Source: Octopus vulgaris (lineage: Eukaryota). From it: a stretch of 64,000 nucleotides of DNA. The position numbers and the translations under genes were made by a program. Positions 26,152 to 39,840 of this stretch are shown piece by piece. The notes under the pieces were generated by a model. It searched no databases. It was given only the letters and a program-made list of their open reading frames with translations, and had not been told where the DNA came from. Location of the stretch: assembly GCA_951406725.2 (NCBI GenBank), contig OX597838.1:16120001-16184000 (forward strand). The letters run 5' to 3'. Every line of letters begins with the position of its first letter. Positions within the stretch are counted from its first letter, which is position 1.

Positions 26152-26656
26152 CTTGTTTTATTTATATTCCTGAGCACCATACTAATACAATTGTTTGTTT
26201 GTATTCCACCTGCCTTCGTCCTTTGTTTATTTTCATAAAGCTTCCCGTTATATATATATGTATATATTCACATGTATATGGACATACTTGTTGACATTAT
26301 TGAGTGACATAATATAACTAAGGGAGTGAAGTGTGAGTAGTGAGAGAAAGAGGAGGCAGTGAAAATAGAGTGGGAGGTGAGAGTAAGAGAGAGAGAGAGA
26401 GAGAGTAAGTGAGAGAGAGAGAAAGAAATTAAATGGCAGAGAGCCATGTAATAAAACGCTCGCATCATTAGATGGGTGGTGGATGTTGTTATTCCTGTCT
26501 TCAAGGAGACAAGAGCAAGACATTAGCTAGACAATGAGAGTAGATGTTAATACAACAGAGATGTTAGTAGTGAAGTCAAAGAAACCATTCACCGAGTTGG
26601 AGTAGTAGTAGTAGTAGTAAAAAGGATAGTAGTTGATAACTTGAAGTCAACCTTAC

Positions 26657-26722
26657 CAATTGGTTAATGATTTGTTTATCTCCATTACAAGAGAATTAAG
26701 TGGTATGTCTACTTCTGAAGTG
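26657..26722 (-). CDS. candidate alternative cassette exon of unc-104 (66 nt, phase 2-2)
   Basis: Pyrimidine tract ...caattctgtag| and strong donor TG|gtaagg. Open in the required frame: (S)TSEVDIPLNSLVMEINKSLTN(C). No homology support that I can recognise. Confidence 0.55.
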
Positions 26723-28459
26723 CTACAGAATTGGTGCAATGGAAAATAAAAACATAACACAACGATAACAACAACAATAAATAATGATAAATAAAGAAAG
26801 AAAGAATGATAAAATAAAAATTGATAAACAAGAGTTCCAAAAAATAAAACAAATAGAAGAAATGATAGAAAAAGAAGAAAAAAAAAACAAAAATTAAAGT
26901 GCAATGCTATAAGGAATAAAGAAACATTTAAAACTGAAAAATATTTTCTAAATGCTTATTCTATGTTTATACCATGTAAACTAATTCTAAACAAGACCTT
27001 AGCCAATCAAAAAATGCCTTAGTTAGCAGGTAGCTATTGCATCACCATCATTATTATTATTACTATTATTATTATTATTATTATTATTAAGAAGGCGGTG
27101 GGCTGGCAGAATCATTAGCATGCCAGGCAAAATGCTTAGCAGCATTTCATTTTTACCTCCTGAGTTCAAATTCCTCTGAGGTCAACTTTGCTTTTCATGC
27201 TCCCAGGGTTGACAAAATAAGTATCAGTTAAGTACTGAGGTCAATGTAATTGACTTACACACTCCCCTGAAATTGCTGGCCTTGTGCCAAAATTTGAAAC
27301 CATTGTTATTATTATTATTATTATTATTATTAAATTGGCAAGGATTGTGAACAGACTGTCTCATTTTTTTGACATCCTTAAATTGTCACCTAAAGCTTGC
27401 CAGTCATTGAATACGAAAATAAAATATTCTAACTTGAGAGTTTAACCATTTCAATATGAACCCATCTGAGATTAACTTGGGTTCTGTGATACAAATTTCT
27501 CAGTTTAAAGCGATGTTGATTTGAGCCTTGCTCTAAAATTTCATGATAATTTGTTTCCAACCACCAGCTTAATAACAGCAAAGATATTTTCTATAAATTT
27601 TTCATTATCTTCAAAATTAGCAGAAACAATGCTACGCATGCACGCATTCATGTGCACATCATACACACATACATGTAAGGGATATGCAAGTGTATGGTAG
27701 TTCTTTCAACCCCAAACTGCAAAACATCTTGAAAATCAAGTATTGCCAGTCAAATTCCATTCATAAACTGACTTTCAGGTTTTGTTTAGGCATCTGTATT
27801 CACAAGCAGAAGGATCGTCACTGAGCCGAGAGTAAACTTCTCACCTGGTTATTGCTATTTCTAACACACACAGGCACTGATCACAACAGCCATACACCTC
27901 TTATCAAACAAGCCATTGAAGAAGCCTTTACATGGTTGCTTAACCTGCTAGAAATAACAGCAAAACCTCAGTCAAATCACATCTAGATATCTTAGCAAAG
28001 GAAGGGGACACACTGAATAACATATTCCTAGATACTCTTTAAAGCAAAAATAAATAATAATAGTAAAATAAAACAGAACTGGAATGTCTTTGATACTAAA
28101 TCTACTCAATTAGGTCTGACCTGGAACTAATCAACAACAATAACGAACTTCTCTGAAAGGACTAATTACCATTGAGAGATACCTCTGATAAGGAATACAC
28201 CGAAGATATTCACTATATTACACATTAAGTTTAAATAAGAGGAAAGTACAAAATTATTCCGGAACAATTACAAATTGCTTTAAAGATAATACAAATAATA
28301 TATACAAGATAAATAATATAATGAAATATTTCTTTTACTAATAAATGAGTGTTAATATAACTTTTTTTTATTCATTTAACAAATAACTTTTTCATGGAAT
28401 TGAAACTAAATTTAGATTATATCATATTTATTTATTATATATATATTTTTTTTTTTTAC

Positions 28460-28579
28460 CTGGGTGGAGTTATGACACCGAATTTTGGTGATGGTACTGG
28501 TTTTGATACAGGCAGAGACATGGGAAAACTGCGACGTGGGGGACGTCGGATGTTTGAGTATAATGGGCTTCCAGAACAC
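28460..28579 (-). CDS. unc-104: unc-104/KIF1A exon (120 nt), proline-rich linker
   Basis: tttatttacag| ... AG|gtaaaa. CSGSPLYSNIRRPPRRSFPMSLPVSKPVPSPKFGVITPP matches the KIF1 'P.SKPVP..KF' motif. Confidence 0.95.
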
Positions 28580-28682
28580 CTGTAAATAAAGCCATAACGA
28601 AAAGATATCATTCTGTTTAATTTAATTTAATTCAATTCAATGTAAAGGACTCAAAATTATGCATGCACACACACACACAAAG

Positions 28683-28722
<40 letters not shown>

Positions 28723-30388
28723 AGTGGCATGTAAAAAGCACTATTCAAGCGTGATTATTGCCAGTGCCACCTGACTGGCTCCTATGCCTGTGGCACATAA
28801 AAAACACCATTCGAGCATGGTCAATGCCAGTGCCAACTGACTGGTCCTGTGCTGGTGGCACGTAAAAAGCACCCACTACATTCTTGGAGTGGTAGACATC
28901 AGGAAGGGCATCCAGATGTAGAAACCTTGCCAGATCAGATTAGAGCCTGGTGCAGCCTTCTGGCTTGCCAGAACCTCAGTCAAACTGTCAAACCCATGCC
29001 AGCATGGAAAGCAGACATTAAACGACGATGATACACACACACACACACAGACATGTATGTTTATTACACAAAAAGCACCAGCCTAACTGAGTCTCACCAA
29101 GCAATTGATCTCAATTGTTTTCATCATGTAAAATGTACTTCTATATATTTTACTGTTCTTACATTATTATATATGCATGAGCGTGGCTGTTGCCAGTACC
29201 ACCTGACTGGCCCTCGTGCCAGTAGCATGTAAAAGCACCCACTACACTCTTGGAGTGGTTGGCATTAGGAAGGGCATCCAGCTGTAGAAACTTTGCCAGA
29301 TCAGATTGGAGCTTGGTGTAGTCATCTGGTTCACCAGTCCTCCGTCAAATCATCCAACCCATGCTAGCATGGAAAACGGACGTTAAACGATGATGATGAT
29401 AATGATGTGAAGGCACATGGCTCAGTAGTTAGGGCCAACACTCTAATATAATTGTGAGGTTGTGAGTTTGATTCCTGGACCAGGTTGTGTGTTGTGTTCT
29501 TGAGCAAAATACTTTATTACTTCATGATGCTCCAGCTACTCAGCTGTGGAAATGAGTTGCGACACCACTGGTGTCAAGCTGTTTCAGCCTTTCCCTTGGA
29601 CAACATCAGTGGCATGGAGAGGGGAGACTGGTATGCATGGGTGACCGCTGGTCTTCCACAAAACAACCTTGCCTGGACTTGAGCAAATGATGCTCTTTTG
29701 CCCATGAAAAATTATGCCATGAAGTTGTTATTGTTTCATCTACAGATAACTGATAATCTCTGTGTGTGAGTGTGTGTGTGCATATATTTGGTGGAACAAC
29801 CAGGAGAAATAGAGAACCCTGCTGTACTCTTTCACCACAAATTTCTCTCACTCTTTCTTCCTGTTTCTGTTGTACTTGTATTTCAAAGTACCAGCCTTGT
29901 CACACTGTGTCATGTTGAATCTCCCTGAGAACTACATTAAGGGTACACGTGTCTGTGGAGTGCTCAGCCACTTGCATGTTAATCTCATAAGCAGGCTGTC
30001 CCAATGATCAGATCAACTGGAACCCTCGTTGTTGTAACCAACAGAGTGCCACAACGAATATAGAATAGTATAGAATGGTATAAAAATGCACTGGCAGGTG
30101 CAACATAACTGAAATATATCATGGCACACAACCCAGTATGCTTCATATTATTTGCTGAGAATGCTGAAGAAATGGGTTGACTATACTACAACTGCCTTGT
30201 ATAATGATGACAATTGGTTAACTGAAATGAGTGTATGTTTTATAAAGCTTAAGATACCAATTATGTTTTCTGTGTTTATTATTACTATATATTCATATAT
30301 AAAGTATCAGGCAAGTTTTCAGTCATAGACAGAATTAAAAAGACAAAGAAAAGGTAAGGTAGATAAAAATGAAACAAAAAATACATAC

Positions 30389-30507
30389 AACAAATTTTCT
30401 TTGGCTTGTTCATGAAGAGGATGTTGTTGGTAGTGACCAAACACTTCAAATACCAAGTGTTGACTTTTGATGTAGTCAATAAAAGACTTGGTGACTGTAA
30501 CGGTGAA
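30389..30507 (-). CDS. unc-104: unc-104/KIF1A exon (119 nt)
   Basis: ctttctccgtttcag| ... TT|gtatgt. Encodes [39 protein letters not shown]. Confidence 0.96.
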
Positions 30508-31425
30508 CTGAAACGGAGAAAGTCAATATGGTTTCGTTAATTAAGTCAGTGTTTCATTAATTAAGTTAATGCAGTGAACCCACTAGGAATAATTATGTGT
30601 TGAAGAAAAGACAACATTAATTAATGGTAAATGATAATTCAATTGACAAGAGGAGATACATGGGACAGAATGTTTGTCACTGATGAGGCCATCACAGAAT
30701 ATTTTAATTATTCTGGCAAAGTAATGGGAGACAACTCCAGACAGCTTTCAACCTTGTAAGACTTCTTCAGAATAGTATAGATTTAACCATATTTGCTAAA
30801 TAATGAAGAGAGAATCATTGAATGTATAATATTGTATAATGGGAAGGGAGGAGGGGGAAAAATTAACATGCTTTAGAGATTAAATTACTGAAAGAAATTA
30901 TTCTGAGTCATACCATCATATGGAAGATATTATCCAAAATTTATAATGGAGTACAATTTTGCAAGGTATTATTTATGTTAATTTCATTTTGTTTTCTTTC
31001 TTATATCTTACAGTAACACTTTTTATGAAGTGTGTATATGTATCTATGTATGTATATATACATACATATTTATACATCATGGAAGGAAAAGCAGAGTTGA
31101 TTGCATGTCTGGAGTAGTGGTCGGGGACCAAGGGAATTCGAGATCACATACACAGAACAATGTCTCTACCAGAGATGAAGGAAGGATAGGAGGAAGGCAG
31201 GTAGGAAGGAAGGAAAGAAAGACAGAAGGAGAGATAGGGTAATGACACACAGACAACACAGATATAGTTGCTGGCTGAGCAATATTAAAGAATGGACATA
31301 GTAGAAACTCATGGAAATCTGGGTTAGCTGGTTACAAGGAAAGACAGTAAGAGGGAGTTCTATCTCTTCCTGTGCACATTTGGCTTTCCTAGACTGTTAT
31401 TATCACAATTATTATTACATCTCGT

Positions 31426-31792
31426 GGAGGCGCAATGGCCCAGTGGTTAGGGCAGCGGACTCGCGGTCGTAGGATCGCGGTTTCGATTCCCAAACCGGGT
31501 GTTGTGAGTGTTTATTGAGCGAAAACACCTAAAGTTCCACGAGGCTCCGGTAGGGGGTGGTGGCGAACCCTGCTGTACTCTTTCACTCTTACTTCCTGTT
31601 TCTGTTGTACCTGTATTTCAAAGGGCCGGCCTTGTCACTCTCTGTGTCACGCTGAATATCCCCGAGAACTATGTTAAGGGTACACGTGTCTGTGGAGTGC
31701 TCAGCCACTTACACGTTAATTTCACGAGCAGGCTGTTTCGTTGATCCGGATCAACCGGAACCCTCGTCGTCAGAACCGATGGAGTGCTTCCA
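31426..31792 (+). mobile_element. tRNA-derived SINE, family C
   Basis: Pol III A box TGGCCCAGTGG and B box GGTTTCGATTCCC; near-identical copies at 39182-39560 (+) and 49074-49454 (-). Confidence 0.9.
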
Positions 31793-32410
31793 TATTATTA
31801 CATCTGTTTTTCTATGCTGGCATGGGTTAGACAATACTTTTTGAAGCAGATTTTCTACAGCCAGATGCTCTCCTTGTTGCCAACCTGCACCTGTTTTCCT
31901 GTGGTTGTTACATGCTGAAAGTTATGAAGTCACTGAAGCTATGGGACTTTAACTCAAAGAAGAATGTGACACAAAGACACCATTTTTGCTCAGTTGGTGT
32001 TAATGAGGACACATGGCAATAACAATGGCAACATCCCCTTCTATCTCTCACTCTCTCTCTCTCTCACACACACACACAAGATGAAGCCTTTTCTCTTCAG
32101 GCTCCATTCTCATACAGTAACCCCTCATCTCCTGGAATAAAGCTGCATCCATTTCTATTGTAGTGCCATCAGTCAAAAGGGATCTTATTCTTGCATGCTG
32201 CATGGAAACCTCACTGGTGCTGGTGCCATGAAAAACAGCTGCCAGCATACTCTGTAAAATGGTGATCTTAGTGGTGCCAAAACAGACACTGAAGTACAGT
32301 GCAGTCTTCAGACCAATCGAATCCTGTCAAACAATCCAACCCATGGCAGCATGGAAGATTATATAAATATATATATATACACACACACAAAGAAGGAGAC
32401 AAATAAATAA

Positions 32411-32451
<41 letters not shown>

Positions 32452-32480
32452 CACAAAGAAGGAGACAAATAAATAAATAA

Positions 32481-32515
<35 letters not shown>

Positions 32516-32550
32516 AAGAAGGAGACATATATATATATGTATATATACAC

Positions 32551-33050
32551 ATAGTAATGTCTTGATACATAAGTTAATTTGTTCCCGGAGACTGCTCATA
32601 AAGCAAAAACCTGCAAAGTAGAGCAATAATTTCCCATAGTAACAACATTATAAATTGTAATTTGTTCCCAGAGAAATATTTTACCTGTAGAATTTATAAT
32701 ACCTGTAAATAAATGGCAATAAAACAACAGTACAATGTAAATAATATTTTACGTGAAGTAAAAAGAATGTGAAAATCATTCATAATAAAAAATATTATTA
32801 TTATTATAATCGTTTTCTGAATCATTTTCACTCACACTAGACTCACACACACCATCACTTGTAGACACAAGCACTGATTCACAAGCTCTTGCAGATAAAC
32901 TTGTAGATTTCTTCTTAAAAAACAAGTCTGGAGTTGTTTGCTTAGAAGAAGCCTTTTTTTCACTCTGTATAAATTTCTCAGTAACATGCAGAAGCATTTG
33001 TTATGTTAGTAGAAACTTTTGCACTTCTTTCAAAATTTGGATCTTTTACT
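32551..33050 (-). mobile_element. Tigger/pogo-like DNA transposon remnant (transposase C-terminus and end)
   Basis: Minus strand reads, with a stop and a frameshift, DPNFERSAKVSTNITNASACY*EIY..KKASSKQTTPDLFFKK, resembling the Tigger C-terminus; Tigger-like end sequence near 32551-32670. Confidence 0.7.
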
Positions 33051-33131
33051 TGAAAAATAAAATTCATAAGCCAGGGGTCTCATAAAAAGGTCCTCATAAA
33101 TTGAGGTGTTTCTGTATATACATACATATAT

Positions 33132-33186
<55 letters not shown>

Positions 33187-33490
33187 CGTGTGTGTTTATT
33201 CTTGTCTTTACCTATAACTTATGAACATAATATATTTGCACATGTACGCCCATGGTTAAATATAAGTAATATACCGGTAGTGTAATGGATACTTCTATCC
33301 TTTAGACAATTATTTTAACCTCTAACTTAACTAACCTATATATATATATATATACATATACACATATATATATATATATTAGACAATATGAGATAACAAA
33401 GCCAAGGCTGTAAGGAGTTTTCCAGATATTTATAAATATATATACACACATATGTATATACATACTCTTTTACTCTTGACCAAAGTCATG

Positions 33491-33532
<42 letters not shown>

Positions 33533-33573
33533 TATGTATGTGCACATATTGTGATATATATATATAAATGTGT

Positions 33574-33646
<73 letters not shown>

Positions 33647-33649
33647 TAG

Positions 33650-34042
33650 CAGCTAAGCCTAGTTTCACCCGGTCTGTTTTGATGATGTGGCTGTGATCAT
33701 TTTCGGTTAGACATAATCTATAACAGCATTTCTCAACCTTATCATTTCGGGTCCCCTGTTTCGATTGGAGTCTCCAGCTGTCAGCTGTATGAAAATGTCT
33801 TCCCCCACTCCCGTCAGGAAACAGCTTCAGGAGGTGTGAAGAAAGAATTTGTACGTAGTCTGTTTCTGAGAGCTATTGTATTGGACCTCTGTCCAATCAT
33901 TACAACATTTATTTAATTATGAACATAGAAAGAAATCATACATTAATCCCTATTTTTGTAAGCAGCTGTATCCATAAAAATTTTATTTGCAGATAGCAGA
34001 AATTGAAAGAAGATATGTGAAATGGACGTGTGTGTGTGTGTA

Positions 34043-34074
<32 letters not shown>

Positions 34075-35440
34075 CTTGCGCATGTGTATGTGAGGGAGAA
34101 AGAATGTGAGAAAGAGAGATAGAGTGAGTGAAGTGAAAATATTTTTGCAGAAAAGAGCTTCAGTTGTGAAGAAAGAATTTGTACGTCGTCTGTTTCTGAG
34201 AACTATTCTATTGGACATCTGTCTAATCCGTCTTCGAAGGTACTCACACATACATAGAAAATGTGAGGTCATGGTAGAACATTTTTACAATAGTTGATTC
34301 ATGGAAAAGATTATGTGAAATTTTTGAAATGCAAATCTGTGAATGAAAATGAAGTTCAGATGTCTACATGATAGGTAGACTTGGTAGAAATAGTAGCCAA
34401 ATCTCCCTCAAAACACCCTACTGTATTAATCTGTCACTTTTGCATATTATGTAGTTTGAATGAGAAACTGTAACTAAAGATCATCATCAAAGATAATTAA
34501 CGCCACAAAGAGGTGAAAGAAGAGAGACAGCATAGAGTTTTGGCTGACTGTCATCCTGTAGTTCCCTTGTTGCTAGCAGATTGGTATATGGTGGTTGTGT
34601 GAGCAACTGGTTGTTTTAATGGGGGAAGAAAGAGGGGAAGAAATTTTAATCAATTTTCTCGGTAAGTACAGGTACTAGGAAAAAAATAGAAAAGGCATTA
34701 AGAATTGCTTTAACAGTTAGAAAATGTTTGACATTTCAATCATCATATTATCTGTCTGTAAGAATTTACAGGGAAATTGTATGTAAGAAGTAAAGCAGAA
34801 ATGGTTTTTAACTGTACTGCCAAAGTTCTGCAACTTAATAACTGACATATCCAATTTAAGAAAAGTGAAGATAAAAGGTAAAGTAGATAAGTATGTAAGT
34901 TGTTGTTAGACGTTTATAGAAAAAATAGACACGTACCTTTCTAGAGAACAACAAGTGGGGTAGAGGTATTGTATTGGACGTCTGTGTAATCAGAGAGCAG
35001 AAATTGAAAGAAGATATATGAAATGGACACGAGTGTGTGTGTGTATGTGTGTGTTTTCCGGCTACTTCGGCGGGATTTCTGCAGTCAGCATGAGGTGGTT
35101 TGTGTTTATCTCTGGAGGGGTGGAAAGGGGATCTTTTGAAGTCGTTATGAAAGCGAAAGAGACAGATAATATGAGTGAAGTTGCTTTGAAGTTGGCGTTT
35201 TGCGGAAGAAATTATGAGCATGCATGTGTGTGTGAGAGAGAGAGAGTATGTGTGTGTGTGTGTGTTTGATAGGGTGTGCAATATGGGCAAGAGAGTTAAC
35301 TGAAATTTCGTTATTCACTTGTTGTAGTGAGAGAATGTGTGAGTAACAGAGAAAAGGAGAGAGAGGTTATGTATGTTAGTATGTTGGTGGAGGAATTCCA
35401 TTTGAAATGTTTTAACTGATTTTCTTGGTAACTATGGGGG
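33650..35440. repeat. degenerate repeat block with three related subunits, possibly Helitron-derived
   Basis: gtgaagaaagaatttgtacgt.gtctgtttctgaga..tatt.tattggac occurs at about 33837 and 34166, and partly at about 34930-35040. Confidence 0.45.
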
Positions 35441-35583
35441 CTAGGAAAAAAATACAAACTGCATTCCAATCTATGCACCCGTCCCCACATGCATGCCATT
35501 TTTCATGCGAATCCATCCAGCCGTTTGGCTGTGAACCTCAAGACAAGAAAGAATACAACGCTCACCCATGTCCAATTTATATT

Positions 35584-35653
<70 letters not shown>

Positions 35654-35727
35654 GTAAGAAGATAAAAAAGAGACAGAAGAGAAGCGTAGAAGTAGGAGGG
35701 GAAACATAAAAGAAAACTGTAGCTTAC

Positions 35728-35818
35728 ATTTTGAACATGGTAAAAGCTGAGAGGAAGTTCTTTCCCTGAATTCTTTAAAGGTTCAGTGGAGAAAGCTTCA
35801 TCGTGTCTATGAAGAAAG
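35728..35818 (-). CDS. unc-104: unc-104/KIF1A exon (91 nt)
   Basis: tttccattgcag| ... AAT|gtaagc. Encodes [30 protein letters not shown]. Confidence 0.97.
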
Positions 35819-36940
35819 CTGCAATGGAAAGGAGAAAAACAGAAATTCAGACAACAAATCAACAAGGTAAAAATTATAGAAAAATAAAACATTATTTTCT
35901 ATCTTATGCGCAGTTAGTTTTACTTCATTTTGAAAAAAAAAAATTTATTTTATGGTTTATTATTGTTTATATTTTGAATTACATATATATAGGGGACATC
36001 CAAGAAGACCTGTTCACCACAACAGAATTGAGATCCTAAAACCAAAGTGCCATGTAAAAAGCATTGGTAGTAAAAAGCACTCATGCAAAAAGCATCAGTA
36101 CACTTTGTAAAGTGGTTGGCATTACGGGGGGCATACAACCATAGGAACCAAGCCAAAATGGACTATGGAACCTGAAGTGGTCCTGGTCATGCCAGTTCCT
36201 GTCAAGCCATCCAACCCATGCCAGCATGGAAAACGGATGTTAAATGTCCATGATTTCCTCTACTCCCTCAAACAATGAAACAACTCAGTGGCAGGACATG
36301 ATTTCAAGAAAGATTGCAAATTGCAAGCAAACAACACCATTTTGTATGAACAGTGATGGTTTTGTTGTTGATCAGCTTGCAGACACCAAGGCAAGGGTAA
36401 GACACAAATACATACACACATACACGGAAGCAAGTAAACACACACACAAATACACACGCATGCAAGCAAACACACTAATACATGCACAGGCACTGATCAG
36501 CTTGAGGTTCTAGTAAAAAGGTACCAGCTGATAGAGCTTTTTTGCAGTGGGTATGAACCCTAAGGTACATGCATCCGGGGCAAAAAAGTTAATAGAACAT
36601 GACTTAGACTGCATTCAGCAAAAAAAAAAAAAAAAAAAAAAAAAAGAAAATGTTTTAACCAATCGATAACTAATAATAGCCCCACTGCTTAAAATGTTCA
36701 GTTCTTGCAGTAGAAGCAACAGTACCACCACTGCCGCCAACAGCTACACTATCAGTTTACAAATGTTATTTAATCTCATTGCTGTGCAACTTCCCACTTC
36801 ACAGCCAATAGGAAGTAAATATGATCAATAAACTCATCACATGACAGAAACAGGATTCTTTAAAATGAAAGGATTGTAATTTGGGATTGAAACTTGATTT
36901 TCAGGTTGGTTAGAGGGGATCTATCTCTCCCTGCTTCATA

Positions 36941-36972
<32 letters not shown>

Positions 36973-36977
36973 CATTT

Positions 36978-37016
<39 letters not shown>

Positions 37017-37025
37017 ATAATAATG

Positions 37026-37078
<53 letters not shown>

Positions 37079-37391
37079 TATTATTATTATTAATAATAAT
37101 AATGATAATGATAATAATAATGATAATGATAATAATAATAAATAATAATAATAATAATAATAAATAATAATAATAATAATAATAATACCACTGGCACCAA
37201 TAGCTGCTGATAGATGAGCACAGCAACAAATATAAACAACACAAATAATCTCTCTAGCCCACACATTATACATATGTATGTATGTATGTATGTATGTATG
37301 TGTGTATGTGTGTGTGTAGATATATGTATGTTTATAATAACTGTGTTTGTGTGTATAAATGCATGTGCACACACATATTTGTGTGTATGCG

Positions 37392-37441
<50 letters not shown>

Positions 37442-37478
37442 TACAGCAATGTGTGCATGTGTGTGCTTATATGTGTAT

Positions 37479-37516
<38 letters not shown>

Positions 37517-37636
37517 GTTTGTATGTAAATGTATTTGTGTGTGTGTGTATATATATATATGTATGCATGTATATATAAATTATATGCATGTGTGTGAGAA
37601 AGAGAGAGAGAGACAGACAGGCAGACAGACAGAAAC

Positions 37637-37676
<40 letters not shown>

Positions 37677-37687
37677 AAGACACTCAC

Positions 37688-37862
37688 TTAAATTGGCAGA
37701 ATATATCAGCATATTCAGGAGAAATACCAGATGCTTTTAAGACTGTAACTCGGAACTGAAATACAGATCCTATCTTCAGGTGTTCTGGCAATTCCTTGTC
37801 TGCAATGTCTGGGAAGTGGTCTGCAGACTCACGAGTATTATCCACATTCACTTTACCTTCCT
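37688..37862 (-). CDS. unc-104: unc-104/KIF1A exon (175 nt)
   Basis: ttttcattctacag| ... AA|gtgagt. Encodes ...[34 protein letters not shown](N). Confidence 0.97.
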
Positions 37863-38224
37863 CTGTAGAATGAAAATAACAAATATTACAAGTTAATTTT
37901 AAAAAAAACAAACAATATTAATATTCAACCCTTTAGATTATCTCAAATTTAATGCTTATTTATTCACATTCTTAAGTGGTTGGTGCTAGGAAGGGTATCC
38001 AGTCATAGAAACCAAGCCAAAAGCTAGCCTCTGTTTTCCAAAATGGAGGTGAACACCTTTCTCCATGTGATCGGCTTGAAAAAATTGTGAAGACACTAGG
38101 ATATTTTCCTACTTTTCTTAGCATAAAACCAATGGTAGCTTTAATTCACAAATAAAGGAATTATATCTATCAATGTGGTGTTGAGCACTCATTCTCATAT
38201 GTGACATTTATGAATGTATGTATG

Positions 38225-38274
<50 letters not shown>

Positions 38275-38378
38275 CACACATATACTACTAATATAGGATG
38301 AATTTTTTTCTGTAGAGAAAAAAATTTCATCAAGAAATGTGGCAGCATATTAAAATACCTTTACGGTTAAAATTATAA

Positions 38379-38696
38379 ACAACTTATAAGTAAGGGCTAA
38401 AGAAAATTATTTCAAAGCCAATATGCTGATAACAGATTATTAAATCGTCAATTTCCACATATAATATACTCGCTACAGCAAAGACAGAAGAACTGAAGTC
38501 AGGCAAACTGGCCGTTAGAATTTCTAAAAATTCGTTATCTCTAATTTTTAGAAATTCTAACGGTCAGTTTGCCCGACTTCAGTTCTTCTGTCTTTGCTGT
38601 AGCGAGTATATTATATGTGGAAATTGACGATTTAATAATCTGTTATCAGCATATTGGCTTTGAAATAATTTTCTTTAGCCCTTACTTATAAGTTGT
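38379..38696. repeat. near-perfect palindrome: 154-nt arms, 10-nt loop
   Basis: Arms 38379-38532 and 38543-38696 differ at 2 positions by my alignment; loop cgttatctct. Confidence 0.95.
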
Positions 38697-39181
38697 ATAT
38701 ACATATATATATATACATGCATGCTTTGTAGTGATTATAAACAAAAGTATATAAGTAAGTGTAGACAATGTGAGCAACACCTGTGTCTTTATATAAAGAC
38801 ACAGACATCACCACTACGAAACTGTGCACTCAAGTGGCTCAAATCATTAAAGAATTTGTTGGTTGGTGGAAAGACTGACAGATCAGTCTGTAACATTATA
38901 CAGTACTAACTTTTTGTGTTACATATGTAATTTTTAAATTCATCACCTTTGCTAACAACATGAACAAAACCCAACTCACGCACAAACATATTCAAACATA
39001 TACAAACATGTACAAATTATGCAAGTTCTATACATGAAATAAAGTTGCCTAAAGAGAAAATCAGTAGACTTTGTTCAAGGTTAGAAATTTGTCATAGTAT
39101 TTGAAATATAAAAATCATCAGCAGTAAGCTTATGGATAAGATGGTTTATGCTTTTGAACACCATTATACACTCATATCAGT

Positions 39182-39560
39182 GGAGGCGCAATGGCCCAGT
39201 GGTTAGGGCAGCGGACTTGAGGTCTTAGGATCGCAGTTTTGATTCCCAGACCGGGCGTTGTGAGTGTTTATTGAGCGGAAACACCTAAAGCTCCACGAGG
39301 TTCCAGCAGTGGGTGGTGGTGAACCCTGCTGTACTCTTTCACCACAACTTTCTCTCACTCTTTCTTCCTGTTTCTGTTGTACCTGTATTTCAAAGTCCAG
39401 CTTTGTCACACTCTCTGTCACGCTGAATCTCCCCGAGAACTAAGTTAAGGGTACACGTGTCTGTGGAGTGCTCAGCCATTTGCATGTTAATTTCACGAGC
39501 ACGCTGTTCCGTTGATTGGATCAACTGGTACCCTCATCATCGTAACCGGCGGAGTGCCAA
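39182..39560 (+). mobile_element. tRNA-derived SINE, family C
   Basis: Same head and body as 31426-31792. Confidence 0.9.
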
Positions 39561-39620
39561 CAACAATACAGGAAATATGTTTTAAAGTCACAACAGTACA
39601 ACATTGATCAGGATAAAGAC

Positions 39621-39831
39621 TGAATAAAGAATTAACTTCGTTGAATAAAGAATTAAGTTCATTGAATAAAGAATTAACTTCGTTGAATAAAGAATTAAGT
39701 TCATTGAATAAAGAATTAACTTCGTTGAATAAAGAATTAAGTTCATTGAATAAAGAATTAACTTCATTGAATAAAGAATTAACTTCATTGAATAAAGAAT
39801 TAAGTTTGTTGAATAAAGAATAAAGTTCGTT
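39621..39831. repeat. 21-bp minisatellite (about 10 copies) abutting an exon donor
   Basis: Unit tgaataaagaattaacttcgt alternating with tgaataaagaattaagttcat. Confidence 0.93.
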
Positions 39832-39840
39832 GCTACTCAC

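Noticed and set aside
26430-26530. Further exon candidate after the acceptor-like tccttgaagacag (NNNIHHPSND)
   Set aside because: No GT donor in a compatible phase.
31426-31500. tRNA gene
   Set aside because: The A/B boxes continue into a SINE body present in three copies; it is a SINE head, as are those at 39182, 49454 and 41628-41701.
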